DNA of 64,000 bases from Candidatus Latescibacterota bacterium (GTDB lineage Bacteria; Latescibacterota; UBA2968; UBA8231), in NCBI GenBank assembly GCA_965242865.1, contig CBDETK010000013.1, positions 2,176,001 to 2,240,000 on the forward strand. The letters are read 5' to 3'. Positions 40,501 to 48,922 of this stretch are shown here, one piece after another. Both the position numbers and the translations under genes were made by a program. The notes under the pieces were generated by a model. It worked only from the letters and a program-made list of their open reading frames with translations, ran no database searches and was not told the DNA's origin. Positions within the stretch are counted from its first letter, which is position 1, and every line of letters starts with the position of its first letter.

Positions 40501-42707
40501 TGCAAGCGGTCGCTGAGCTTTGCCTCCAAGTTCCGTTCAATCTGCTCCAATCGCTGGAACAGCGGTTGGATGTGGATGGAGTGTTCGACGTCGGGCAGTT
40601 CGGCATTGAGGCGGTCGCGTTCTTCTTCCGAAAGCAGCCCATCCACGATGCCCTGCTCAATGGCCCCTTGCACTTTGGCGACTTGATCCGCCAGCGCCGC
40701 CCGGGCCCCTTTGAGATTCTCGTCGATCCGATTTTCATATTCTCGGCGGGCCTCGTCGCCCTCCAACGCATTTAGCAAGGCGTCGGTGAAGCGAAAATCC
40801 AAGCCTTCTATTCGCAGCGTACAGGCCGTGTGTAGCGAGCGTTCCTCGGCGAGCGATTGGCACAACGCCTTCGCCATATCGGCTTCGTGGCCCGCTTCGG
40901 GATAGCCCTCTGGGGTGAGGGGAACTTCGGGGAGCCACAACAAGCGATGGGCTAATGCTTCCTCGAGCGAATCGCTGTCCCGTTTCATCCAAGCGTCCGG
41001 GGCTGCAATATCGGGTTGTTCCTCGATACCGAGCATCCCCAGCACTCGGCCTACGGCTTGGCGCAAGACAGCTCCCAAAGCGGCTACTTCTTGGCGTGGG
41101 TCGGCCTGCATGCGGTCGAGTTCCGCCCGGACTCCGGGCCCGGTCTCGCGGACGCGGTCGAGCAGTGCTTTCACGTGCTCGGACCACCAATTCCCCTTGC
41201 TGTCGCTGGCCTGCTCAATGAGGGAACACCAGCGACCGGCCAACCCCACGGCCTCTTCGACGCTGCGAACCAACTGATCAATGGGCCGGCCGATGATGGG
41301 TTTTGGCCGGCTCTGTACCAGATCTTGATCGATCTGGTGGATCAGAGCCACAATCCGCTTGCGCTCCTTGAAATCGCGCAGGTGCTGCCGGACCAGCTTG
41401 ACTTCGGCGGCCTTGTTTTCAACTACCGGAGCAAGTAAGAGGTGCAATGCCCCGTTCTGGCTGACCAAGTGGTGCAACACATGGGTCGCTCGCTTGTACT
41501 TCAATCGGCTGTCCTTACTGGTCGCCAAGAAGCGACGGGCCTGCCCCACGGTACTTTCAATGAACTTTTGGTGATTGCTCTCTCCTTCTACCTCCCGCAG
41601 ATCGGCGTCCTGCAACGCATGGCCCGCGGACGCAAAGGTGCGGACCGCATCGGCTAGCGCACCGAGCGCGGGATCGATTTCGTCCCGTTGCGGGAGCCAG
41701 CCGCTCAACCCCGTGGTCTGCGGAGCGATCAAGCTGGGACGCAGGGCCGCAGACAACCCCAGCAACTGCTCGAAAGGGGTGTTTTGAGGCTCCCACTCTG
41801 AGGCAATTTCCAGCATATCAAAGACGAATTTATCGGTATCGCTTTCCAACCAGTGCGCGCCTTGAAGAACGGCGAGCAGTTGGGGAGCAACGGGCACGTC
41901 GCGGCCTGCGGCCTGCAAGGAGCGCACCAGCCAGTACGCCCCGGCCCAATCCCCTGCGGCCAAGAGGCTCCATCCCAATGATGCCCAGTGTTCATCGTCG
42001 TCCTCGCCTTGCAACAGGGCCGCGGCCACCTGTTGGACCGGGCGCAAAGGCCGCGGCTTTTCCTCGGGGGGCGGGGGCGGAGGTTCGGGGTCTTCAGGCG
42101 GTGCTTTTTCCTCGGGGAGACTGGACTCTTGCTCTTGGGGTGGATCGATGGCTTCTGCGGAATCCGGGGCCTCTTGGACGGGACTAGGCGGTTCTGGGGG
42201 CGGCTCCTCTGGAGGCTCGGGGGTTGGCGCGGAAAAGCCTTGGTTGAGTTGGTCCAACCCAGCGCTAATCCGGTCTTCCACGGCCTCCATAGCCGCTCGG
42301 TGCTGGCGGGCTTGTTGGATGTTTTGGGGGACGTGCTGGTCTAAGGTGCGGCGTTGGGCCAAGTGCTCCAGCAGGGCCTGCACCCGCTCGGTCTGTTCGG
42401 GAAGGTGCTCACTCGGACAATGATTTGCTTGCCAGTGGGCTAGGTCTGAATCGCTGAAATTGAAAAACGCGAGATCGCTCTCGTGGTTTTGCCGCAGTTG
42501 CGCCAGTGCCTGTTCGAGCCGCTGGATCCGCCCGGCCTCATCCCGTTCTCGGCCTTTCTGCGCGGCCACCTGTTGGACTTGGTCGATAAACGCTTGGGCT
42601 ACTTCCCATTCTGACGCCTCGGCCGGCCATTGACGCATCTCTGCAATTAGATTGGCCCACTGAGTTTTCTGAAGGGGCTCTGCGGTGTGCGCTTTTTCAG
42701 CGGGCAT
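37593..42707 (-). CDS. 1704-aa STAND-like P-loop ATPase with long helical N-terminus
   Basis: NPYTP...MFYGR, Walker A GGRQLGKS, Walker B VLFDEAD, TNYHPGLIQ; Pro/Glu-rich linker near the N-terminus. Confidence 0.8.
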   Translation of the reverse strand: MPAEKAHTAEPLQKTQWANLIAEMRQWPAEASEWEVAQAFIDQVQQVAAQKGRERDEAGRIQRLEQALAQLRQNHESDLAFFNFSDSDLAHWQANHCPSEHLPEQTERVQALLEHLAQRRTLDQHVPQNIQQARQHRAAMEAVEDRISAGLDQLNQGFSAPTPEPPEEPPPEPPSPVQEAPDSAEAIDPPQEQESSLPEEKAPPEDPEPPPPPPEEKPRPLRPVQQVAAALLQGEDDDEHWASLGWSLLAAGDWAGAYWLVRSLQAAGRDVPVAPQLLAVLQGAHWLESDTDKFVFDMLEIASEWEPQNTPFEQLLGLSAALRPSLIAPQTTGLSGWLPQRDEIDPALGALADAVRTFASAGHALQDADLREVEGESNHQKFIESTVGQARRFLATSKDSRLKYKRATHVLHHLVSQNGALHLLLAPVVENKAAEVKLVRQHLRDFKERKRIVALIHQIDQDLVQSRPKPIIGRPIDQLVRSVEEAVGLAGRWCSLIEQASDSKGNWWSEHVKALLDRVRETGPGVRAELDRMQADPRQEVAALGAVLRQAVGRVLGMLGIEEQPDIAAPDAWMKRDSDSLEEALAHRLLWLPEVPLTPEGYPEAGHEADMAKALCQSLAEERSLHTACTLRIEGLDFRFTDALLNALEGDEARREYENRIDENLKGARAALADQVAKVQGAIEQGIVDGLLSEEERDRLNAELPDVEHSIHIQPLFQRLEQIERNLEAKLSDRLQELAAQWRKMRRSLAQRIQPERLEATDAFIRRAIRQCDTRVVEESLALLRGVAQGESEWKSEWFTPTDKRDVFEEFQDACRGIESGLRDKNVDQLSEWIEQGQTWAGVKFGELPQVRRSEAVAALRVWHRLKRQPGDPKKIHRPIRVLLEFLGFHVSREEAAVRVEKHGQDGLYCTVEASASDLARPIPQLGSQAHGRYNVVCLWERPGADTIGAFLRELGLDAKTVLIFFLGRLTAHRRHSLARRARERGLALVVLDEVLLAFLTRFDDTRLPAFLRCSLPYAALNPYTPFQAGNVPPEMFYGRGDMVRQLQDAEGSIVFGGRQLGKSALLRQVEREFHQPDRDQFAWVEDIKLVGDDPLAGEQPASLWIKLREGFKKHQLIKGSVTANQPDNIIKRIERSLAEAPQRQVLVLFDEADRFLDADAKRGFPEVDRLRTLIQDTGSRFRVVFAGLHDVQRFKNIANQPLAHFGQNLLVGPLEARPARELVREPLKTLGYRFADETTVLKVLSYTNYHPGLIQYFCRELLHRLQTQRRSASPPYKVQLDDVDAVYRLPQTRAVIRERLDWTLALDSRYQCIAWAMIHEQKETPDSYARSFSVAELQKLAREWSPQGFNDLDLEALRGLLGEMVGLGILLCNVENKYSLRSPNLVRLMGTEEDIENRLLELDIHPPRPSIPESQHRLLDASKLLYSPLTLVQEGRLLQPEQSGVSLIFGSAALGLDVLIQALKRVGGIEWPNQTVEWLDSHTHKQQSLFYRPIRGTGGNMAQFVWDVLSSHNSRNKKRQRPRQVVFMFDPAASWAWLKSPKRTALEDQANLIFLRRWDAEGIRQRLDQAGKLDLPECCAAVLQATGGWSSLLDELLRRCGNLNDPRDCAKMELPGSALGSKLVQQLGFSTPVEPFRVLQTLVEYKSKVSEEDLADLVDFVKGPLSLEDCQAAVELLYRLGCLEKRDGAYQVEAVLGRVVGTP

Positions 42708-42809
42708 ATCGCCTCCTCGATTCTACGTCGGGTTTACTACACGACACCAACTCCAGCGGCACATAAAGAAGGACGCCAAACTATCCACGGTCAAACCATT
42801 CCATCGCTG

Positions 42810-43844
42810 CTATTCGGCGGGTGAGCGCAAGTACTTGGTCTCCAGCTCGCCCATAATCCGTGCGGTGATGGCCCGGACTTCGTCCTCAAAGGTATCGACG
42901 TTGGCTTGGGTCACCAGCACCGTGCCCGAGTTGACGAAGTAGTGCTCGGGATGGGCTTGCCAGCCGTCGAGCAGGTAGCGCAAGAGGGCGCAAGAGATGT
43001 AGCCGTGGCCGTAGGGGTTTTGCGAGAGGGTCGCGTCGATGGCCCCTTGGCGGATCGCGTCGAGCACCACCGCGTCCGTGTCGATGCCGACGAAGTGGAT
43101 GCGCTCGTTGCCCGGGGTCTGGTTCCATTCGGACAGAATCGTCGCCGCGGCCACGGTCGGGGTGTACCCCGTGCAAATCACGCCATCGATCTCCGCGATC
43201 CGCGCTGAGAGCGCGTCTTGGATTTTGGCCGTGCTGGTCTCAATCGACTCCATGCCGGCGATTTCTTGGACGATCTGGACCGCGGGGTATTTGGCCACGG
43301 CCGCCTCAACGCCTTCTTTGCGCAGGATGGTGTTGGGGTCTTCGACCAGCTCTAGCACGTTGAGGATGTGGCCCTCGCCGCCCATAAAGCCGATCAGGGC
43401 CTCGGTCGCCTCCATCGCTGCCTGCCGGACGTCGGTCGCCACGCAAAACGAAGCTGGCGTCGGCCGCGTCGTCGGCGCTCCATAGCTGACGACGTACGCT
43501 CCGTTTTGCACCAATTCCTCGTAGAGGCCGTTGGCCGCGCTGGCGTCGGCCGGATAAAGCGAGAAGCCCTTGTAGCCTTGGGCCGCCAGCGGCTCGACGT
43601 TGGCGTTTTCGTTGTCTTGGGTCCAGTTTTGGCCGATCTGACGCTTGATCTCGACTCCGGTGTCGCGCTCATAGCCGATCACCCCTTTTTGCACCTCTTC
43701 GACGTAAGGATGGACCATCAAGGCGTACCAGACGATTTTTTTCGCCGCGGGCGCGTCGCCCGATTGGCCGGACCCGCCGCACCCGGCGACGAGTGCGGTG
43801 AAAAGGAAAGCTGCGAGGAGAAATGGGAGAAAAGTTTTGTACAT
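42810..43844 (-). CDS. Sugar ABC transporter substrate-binding lipoprotein
   Basis: Lipobox LVAGC; periplasmic binding fold motifs VGIDTD, ATLSQNPYGHGY. Confidence 0.9.
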   Translation of the reverse strand: MYKTFLPFLLAAFLFTALVAGCGGSGQSGDAPAAKKIVWYALMVHPYVEEVQKGVIGYERDTGVEIKRQIGQNWTQDNENANVEPLAAQGYKGFSLYPADASAANGLYEELVQNGAYVVSYGAPTTRPTPASFCVATDVRQAAMEATEALIGFMGGEGHILNVLELVEDPNTILRKEGVEAAVAKYPAVQIVQEIAGMESIETSTAKIQDALSARIAEIDGVICTGYTPTVAAATILSEWNQTPGNERIHFVGIDTDAVVLDAIRQGAIDATLSQNPYGHGYISCALLRYLLDGWQAHPEHYFVNSGTVLVTQANVDTFEDEVRAITARIMGELETKYLRSPAE

Positions 43845-43900
43845 AATTATCCTCTTGATTTGGAGCGTCGGGAGGGTGAATGATTATGCTACGTTTGCGA

Positions 43901-44034
43901 AGAAGCGTCCTTAAAAATCACGTTGCTTTTGGCCTAGTCTTTCACGCCTCTAGATGTCATTCCCGCGAACGCGGGAATCCAAAAAAGCACCAAGCCGAAT
44001 CGGAGACTGAAAACCTAGTTTTAAGAACGCTTCT
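43901..44034. mobile_element. MITE-like element (family B) with internal GTCATTCCCG REP palindrome
   Basis: TIRs agaagcgtccttaaaa / ttttaagaacgcttct (1 mismatch); internal gtcattcccgcgaacgcgggaatcc; partial inverted copy at about 52741-52845. Confidence 0.75.
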
Positions 44035-44068
44035 AATACAAAATCAAAGCTAGCGTGAATGCTCCGAG

Positions 44069-45403
44069 CTAAACCATGTCTTGGCCAATGAACTCAGGTT
44101 TCTCTCGGACGGGGGGTGGTTCGATATCGTCAATTTCGCTCGGTCGTTCGTACTTGCCGATATTAAAACTGGCTTGACTCAATCCCCAAGCAACCGCGAG
44201 TCGATGATATGACTTGTCGTCAATCTCTGCATCGAGAGAATTGGGCTTTGGTAGCTGAATCTGTATAATACCGTCTGAACTCCTAATCCACCTCTGAAGC
44301 CATTCCCCAGCATCAGATACTACATCCTGATACGCTCGCATGACACTCCCGCCCCCACAAAGAAATACGGGAAGTGTACTGTTCCAACAACGAGACAAAG
44401 GATCGCGTTTACTCCGTAAGTCCCCAATTGTTCTGGTGAGAACTTTCTTGCAATCATTTCTGAATCTTCTTTCTGCTCCGGCTCCCCTTCTCTGACGTAG
44501 TATTTCTACTCCGAGAAGCTCGAGGTGGGCGGTGAGTATGGGTACTCGGTCATCTCCTTCATGTTGTCTTGGTCCTAGATTGAATGAACAGACATCCAGC
44601 GTACTCGCTCCAATATCCACCAAAAGGTGAAGCCCTTCGTTTCGGCGCGGCGAGTTGGCATATCCTGCTACTTCCGCGATAACTTCCGGTCTCAATTCAG
44701 AGTCAATAGGCATCTCCTCAGATTCATACCTTGCGAACATGACATCATCAATTGCCTCTTGAGCATCGTCAACCGTTATTGGTCCGGGCCGTCTTGAGGC
44801 GAGCCAAGCAGCCTTGTGCGATATGCAAAAGGCATCTCGTAGTTTTTCATTGTCATCAACATCAGCAGGTAAGCCGAGATTGCATGACCACTCAAGATAA
44901 TACTCGCCGAAGACATTTCTCTTATTCGCGATAAACCAGCGGCGGACATATCGGAGTACTAAGGCAAGATAGGCGACCGCTACCGTGATTGAAGATGCGT
45001 CACAAGGTGGGCCGGACGCGGAGTTTATTCCCTTGTTTGGCTCATTCATCAAGCCAAGTTTTATATCCTTAAGGAACGAAGCTCCTGGCGTATAGGCGAG
45101 TGAACACCGTCGGTCCTCGTCGATAAACAATTGGGTGGGAATCAAGTACTTCAGGCTTTCATCAGCGAGTTTACCGAAAGGAACGGCAAATGCGGGCTCG
45201 CCAGCGTAGAATGGAACATTTACTACGACCTTGGTGAATGACGTTCCAATATCCACTCCCACTATAACATCGAGGGGTTGCGAGCGGTCATTATGCTGGA
45301 ACTGGTGTTCGTTTTCAGAAATCATGCTTACTCTCCATAGGTTAGAAGAAGGGGGGAACGTTGTCATGTAGGAATCGGAAGCTGGTATAAAAAACCCCAT
45401 CAT
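44069..45403 (-). CDS. ASKHA (actin/Hsp70/FtsA-fold) ATPase-like protein
   Basis: Phosphate-1 VGVDIGTSFTK, connect PEVIAE, phosphate-2 LVDIGASTLD, adenosine LCGGGS, AVAWGL. Confidence 0.75.
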   Translation of the reverse strand: MMGFFIPASDSYMTTFPPSSNLWRVSMISENEHQFQHNDRSQPLDVIVGVDIGTSFTKVVVNVPFYAGEPAFAVPFGKLADESLKYLIPTQLFIDEDRRCSLAYTPGASFLKDIKLGLMNEPNKGINSASGPPCDASSITVAVAYLALVLRYVRRWFIANKRNVFGEYYLEWSCNLGLPADVDDNEKLRDAFCISHKAAWLASRRPGPITVDDAQEAIDDVMFARYESEEMPIDSELRPEVIAEVAGYANSPRRNEGLHLLVDIGASTLDVCSFNLGPRQHEGDDRVPILTAHLELLGVEILRQRRGAGAERRFRNDCKKVLTRTIGDLRSKRDPLSRCWNSTLPVFLCGGGSVMRAYQDVVSDAGEWLQRWIRSSDGIIQIQLPKPNSLDAEIDDKSYHRLAVAWGLSQASFNIGKYERPSEIDDIEPPPVREKPEFIGQDMV

Positions 45404-48400
45404 TCAATTAGAACTACAGCTACGAAAATCTCTTCGGACTCAGGAGTTATCTTTCGACGCGATTCAATCTCCCGTCGCCTTCTTTCACCCCAATCATCAA
45501 GGCTCCTCAAACGTCCCTTGGTTGCAGGTATCATTCTATTTCTCCCTGTCTCCCTAAAGTTTCTGAGTGTACGTTCGATTCCTTCCCTTTGCTTTGAAAA
45601 GTGTCGATGGCGATGTCTCTCTTGGATGTCTGCCCGGTCTTCGTTTTGATTCCTTTCTTCTTCGGTATAGCTTTCAAAGTGGCCATCAAGAGTTCTGAAC
45701 AGAACCTCGTCGGCGATGTAATGGACTTGCTGTAGTTCACACTGATGTCCGACTTCCAGCCAATGCCTCCCTTTCGCAGCGCAGGTGATGGCAAGACGTT
45801 CAGCCTTGTCTTCGCGGAGGAGTGTTTCTGGCCGATCCAGCGGGACGGCCGCGTAAACGAGTTTCTCTACATCTCGAAGTCCCTTGATGCGCCAAAGGGA
45901 AGCCGCCAAAACGTAAACGCCTAGCCCGAGGGATATATCAAGATCGCACCTTGAAACTTTTACGGACACAGCCGGGCGGAGCTGAGGGACTGTTTTTGAG
46001 ATTCGATCACTGATGAAACGAACCAGAGGGTGAAATTGGGAAATAGTCTCCTTTCTCTCGGGCTTTCCAGCTAATACGCGGTTTTTGAACCGACAGATAA
46101 TCGGTTTGGCCGAGTACTGGTCCAATTGCGTTTGACCGCTCAAATTGTTCAATCGGATAAACTCCGATAGAGCATGCCTCGCTTCGCTATTCAGAGATAG
46201 TTCGTATTCGTGGTTCTGTCCATCTGTTTCCTTAAGCACATAACCGGGGTAATTAGCACTTAGGAAATCGGTCACATAAGCGAGCAGGTCGGTTCCGTTG
46301 ATCCAACGATTCATATCGTGTGCAGCCTTAACCTGCTGGAGAATGTAGTCGCCGTATGCCACCAGATGTGCTGCATTTGCTTCCAAGCGCTCCTCTTCCT
46401 GTTTCCGCGTCGCTAGGGCTTGGGCGGTTTGGTTGATGCGCTCTTCTTGTTGTTTGGGCGATAAATGACCCAGAACTAGATCGCGTGTGAGTTTTTCGAT
46501 CTCCTCGCCGAGAATGGCCTCAAAATCGCCCAACGCATTTCGGCACAAATCGAGCTTGTCGTAGAGGCATTCATAGATACGCGCATCTATCGTATTGGCA
46601 TAAAAAAGGTTCCAGATCAGCACCTTCTCGGATTTTTGGCCGAGGCGATCAACGCGGCCGATTCTCTGTTCGACGCGCATGGGGTTCCAAGGAAGATCGT
46701 AGTTGATCACGACCCATGAAAATTGGAGATCAACGCCCTCTCCCCCCACTTCTGAAGACAGCATAACGCTCGGTCCCTTGGGCGACCTGAATTCTTGGAT
46801 AATGTCGTACTTGGGCCGGCTGCCGCCGCCGCGAAGGACAATGCTCGAAATACCGTCGTCGTCGAGCCGTTCTTTCAAGTAATCAAGTGTACCCAAGAAT
46901 GTGGAAAAGACGATGACTTTGTCTTTTGGATATTTCTCGAAGAACTCCTGCAACATTTTACGTAACCGCGTATATTTGCTGTCGCTACCTGCGAGGTCAT
47001 CGAAAGCAACGAATTCACCTGAGTTATTCACTAGTTCTTCTGTTAGTGGTCCCAATTTTTGCCGTTGTCGGGCATCCTGATCTGTCCCTGAAAGCTGGTC
47101 TTCGGGAATCTCAATACGCCGTTCCTGCCAAGATTTCAGGGCAGCCGGCATACAGCTAGCCATCTGGCGCTGAGGCTGAGCGAGCAGAAAGGCTTCGTTA
47201 ATGTCGTTTTCTTGGGCGTATGAGCCGACGATATTCGTTACGGTATCGTAGAATTCGCGCTCTATCTCCGTCATCGGAATGAACTTGGGAATTGGCTGGC
47301 GAACGACGCGCCACTCCTTGACGTCTCTTTTCCGGGTCCGGGTTATGGTATGGCCCAATAGGTTAATGGTTTCGAGACGATAGGCGATACGGCTTCGTTT
47401 TGTAGGTGAATCGAGGGACCCATCCTCGATCTGGTCTAATAGGGTTTTAAGTTGCCGGTTGCCCTGCAAAAGGCGGTTGTTTCTATCTTCCGAAAGCACT
47501 GAAACCAACTCGTCAGGCGAGCTCTTCCCCTTCAACACACGGTCTAATAGGGTTTTAAGTTGCCGGTTGCTCTGCAAAAGGCGGTTTTTTCTAGCTTCCA
47601 AAAGTACTGAAACCAACTCGTCAGGCGAGCTCTTTCCCTTCAACACTAAGTCCCGCGCACGGACCAATGGCTCGTTGGCCCTGAGGATTTCGTCAAAATT
47701 ATCTTCCCGCTCAAAGGTGTCGGGATCAAGGAGATGAAGCAGGGAGAAGAGATCGCGGTTGTAGTTATGGATCGGAGTCGCGGTCAGTAGGACGAGATAG
47801 TCAGAAACACCGCGCATCAGCTGGCCCAAGCGATTGGTTTGGGTGGCGGGATTACGCATGTAGTGTGCCTCGTCAACCACAAGCAGGTCGATAAGATGTT
47901 CTTCGTGTTCCTTCCCCTTGAGAAGCCGAGCCAACTTACCGACATCGTTAGCATCGTCCTCAGCATCTTCCCAACCGCGGCGAGGACGCAGACCCTGGAT
48001 GCTTGCGATGATGGCAAATCCCCGCACGTGTGCTTGCCGGTCCTGCAAAATTCTCAGGGTATCCCTCGCGGTGCAAATCTCTGGGGACACGCCGATCTTG
48101 TTGACGAGTTCGTCCCGCCATTTTTCACGCAGAGCAGCAGGACATAAGACGACCAGCCTTTTCAAATTGAATCGGCTTCTTAGCTCAGTCCAAATCAGTC
48201 CTGCTTCAATGGTCTTGCCCATACCAACCTCATCAGCGATTAGCAGGCTGTTCGTCGGAGTCTGAAGGAGCTTGAGGACGGGCTTGAACTGGTAGGCATA
48301 GAAGTCCGTATCGGTGGCTTCCATGCTATAAATGATGTCGGCCAATCGCCCCGTGAGACGAACATGGATCAGTGTCCGCCGAAGAGCCTCGGGCGTTCCG

Positions 48401-48630
48401 AGTTTCCCCGTGTACAGCAAATCGAGAGGGTGCATCGGCTCATCAGGAAGCGGTTCAAGTTGCTCCTTCGGTATGAAGTCGGGTGCTGGCCTGTCATTGA
48501 ATCGAACCCGATATACCTGACGACCTCTTCTTAGGACACAGACTCCGTCTGTCAGCGTACCGACCCGCTGCGGATCGTGAATCAGTCGCACCTGCTTTCC
48601 AGCTTGCCATTTTTCCTCGCCGCTCTGCAT
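45400..48630 (-). CDS. SNF2/RapA-like SF2 helicase
   Basis: IADEVGMGKT, VDEAH, LTATP, GEGVDLQ, NYDLPWNP, EQRIGRVDRLGQ. Confidence 0.92.
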   Translation of the reverse strand: MQSGEEKWQAGKQVRLIHDPQRVGTLTDGVCVLRRGRQVYRVRFNDRPAPDFIPKEQLEPLPDEPMHPLDLLYTGKLGTPEALRRTLIHVRLTGRLADIIYSMEATDTDFYAYQFKPVLKLLQTPTNSLLIADEVGMGKTIEAGLIWTELRSRFNLKRLVVLCPAALREKWRDELVNKIGVSPEICTARDTLRILQDRQAHVRGFAIIASIQGLRPRRGWEDAEDDANDVGKLARLLKGKEHEEHLIDLLVVDEAHYMRNPATQTNRLGQLMRGVSDYLVLLTATPIHNYNRDLFSLLHLLDPDTFEREDNFDEILRANEPLVRARDLVLKGKSSPDELVSVLLEARKNRLLQSNRQLKTLLDRVLKGKSSPDELVSVLSEDRNNRLLQGNRQLKTLLDQIEDGSLDSPTKRSRIAYRLETINLLGHTITRTRKRDVKEWRVVRQPIPKFIPMTEIEREFYDTVTNIVGSYAQENDINEAFLLAQPQRQMASCMPAALKSWQERRIEIPEDQLSGTDQDARQRQKLGPLTEELVNNSGEFVAFDDLAGSDSKYTRLRKMLQEFFEKYPKDKVIVFSTFLGTLDYLKERLDDDGISSIVLRGGGSRPKYDIIQEFRSPKGPSVMLSSEVGGEGVDLQFSWVVINYDLPWNPMRVEQRIGRVDRLGQKSEKVLIWNLFYANTIDARIYECLYDKLDLCRNALGDFEAILGEEIEKLTRDLVLGHLSPKQQEERINQTAQALATRKQEEERLEANAAHLVAYGDYILQQVKAAHDMNRWINGTDLLAYVTDFLSANYPGYVLKETDGQNHEYELSLNSEARHALSEFIRLNNLSGQTQLDQYSAKPIICRFKNRVLAGKPERKETISQFHPLVRFISDRISKTVPQLRPAVSVKVSRCDLDISLGLGVYVLAASLWRIKGLRDVEKLVYAAVPLDRPETLLREDKAERLAITCAAKGRHWLEVGHQCELQQVHYIADEVLFRTLDGHFESYTEEERNQNEDRADIQERHRHRHFSKQREGIERTLRNFRETGRNRMIPATKGRLRSLDDWGERRRREIESRRKITPESEEIFVAVVLIE
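47433..47646. repeat. In-frame 108-bp tandem duplication inside the helicase
   Basis: Copies start at 47433 and 47541; the protein repeats VLKGKSSPDELVSVL..NRLLQ.NRQLKTLLD twice. Confidence 0.93.
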
Positions 48631-48648
48631 TCCTTTTGTTTCCCCCCT

Positions 48649-48783
48649 AGAAGCTGTCTGAAAACTCTGGTGGTCGTCTCTTGGGTCTAAAAGATCCCGG
48701 CTGGATTCCCGCTTTCGCGGGAAGGACGGAAGCTGTTTCTACGGCTTGTTCAACACCCCAAAGTGGGTTTTCAGACAGCTTCT
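48649..48783. mobile_element. MITE-like element (family A) with internal REP palindrome
   Basis: Perfect 17-bp TIR agaagctgtctgaaaac / gttttcagacagcttct; internal ggattcccgctttcgcgggaa; inverted homolog at 52529-52739. Confidence 0.82.
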
Positions 48784-48922
48784 TAACGGATCACGTTGAA
48801 GTAGCTAAGTATTATAGGTAAGAGTAGGCTCTTTTAACAACTAACCCAGCCTAGGAAACCACCCCCCTTGAGCCAATCTCCGCTTTGGCCTACTTTGCCG
48901 TCCCACTCAAAAGGAGCTTGTC

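Noticed and set aside
44069-48630. Complete DISARM, Zorya or BREX system
   Set aside because: The required partner genes are absent from the window.
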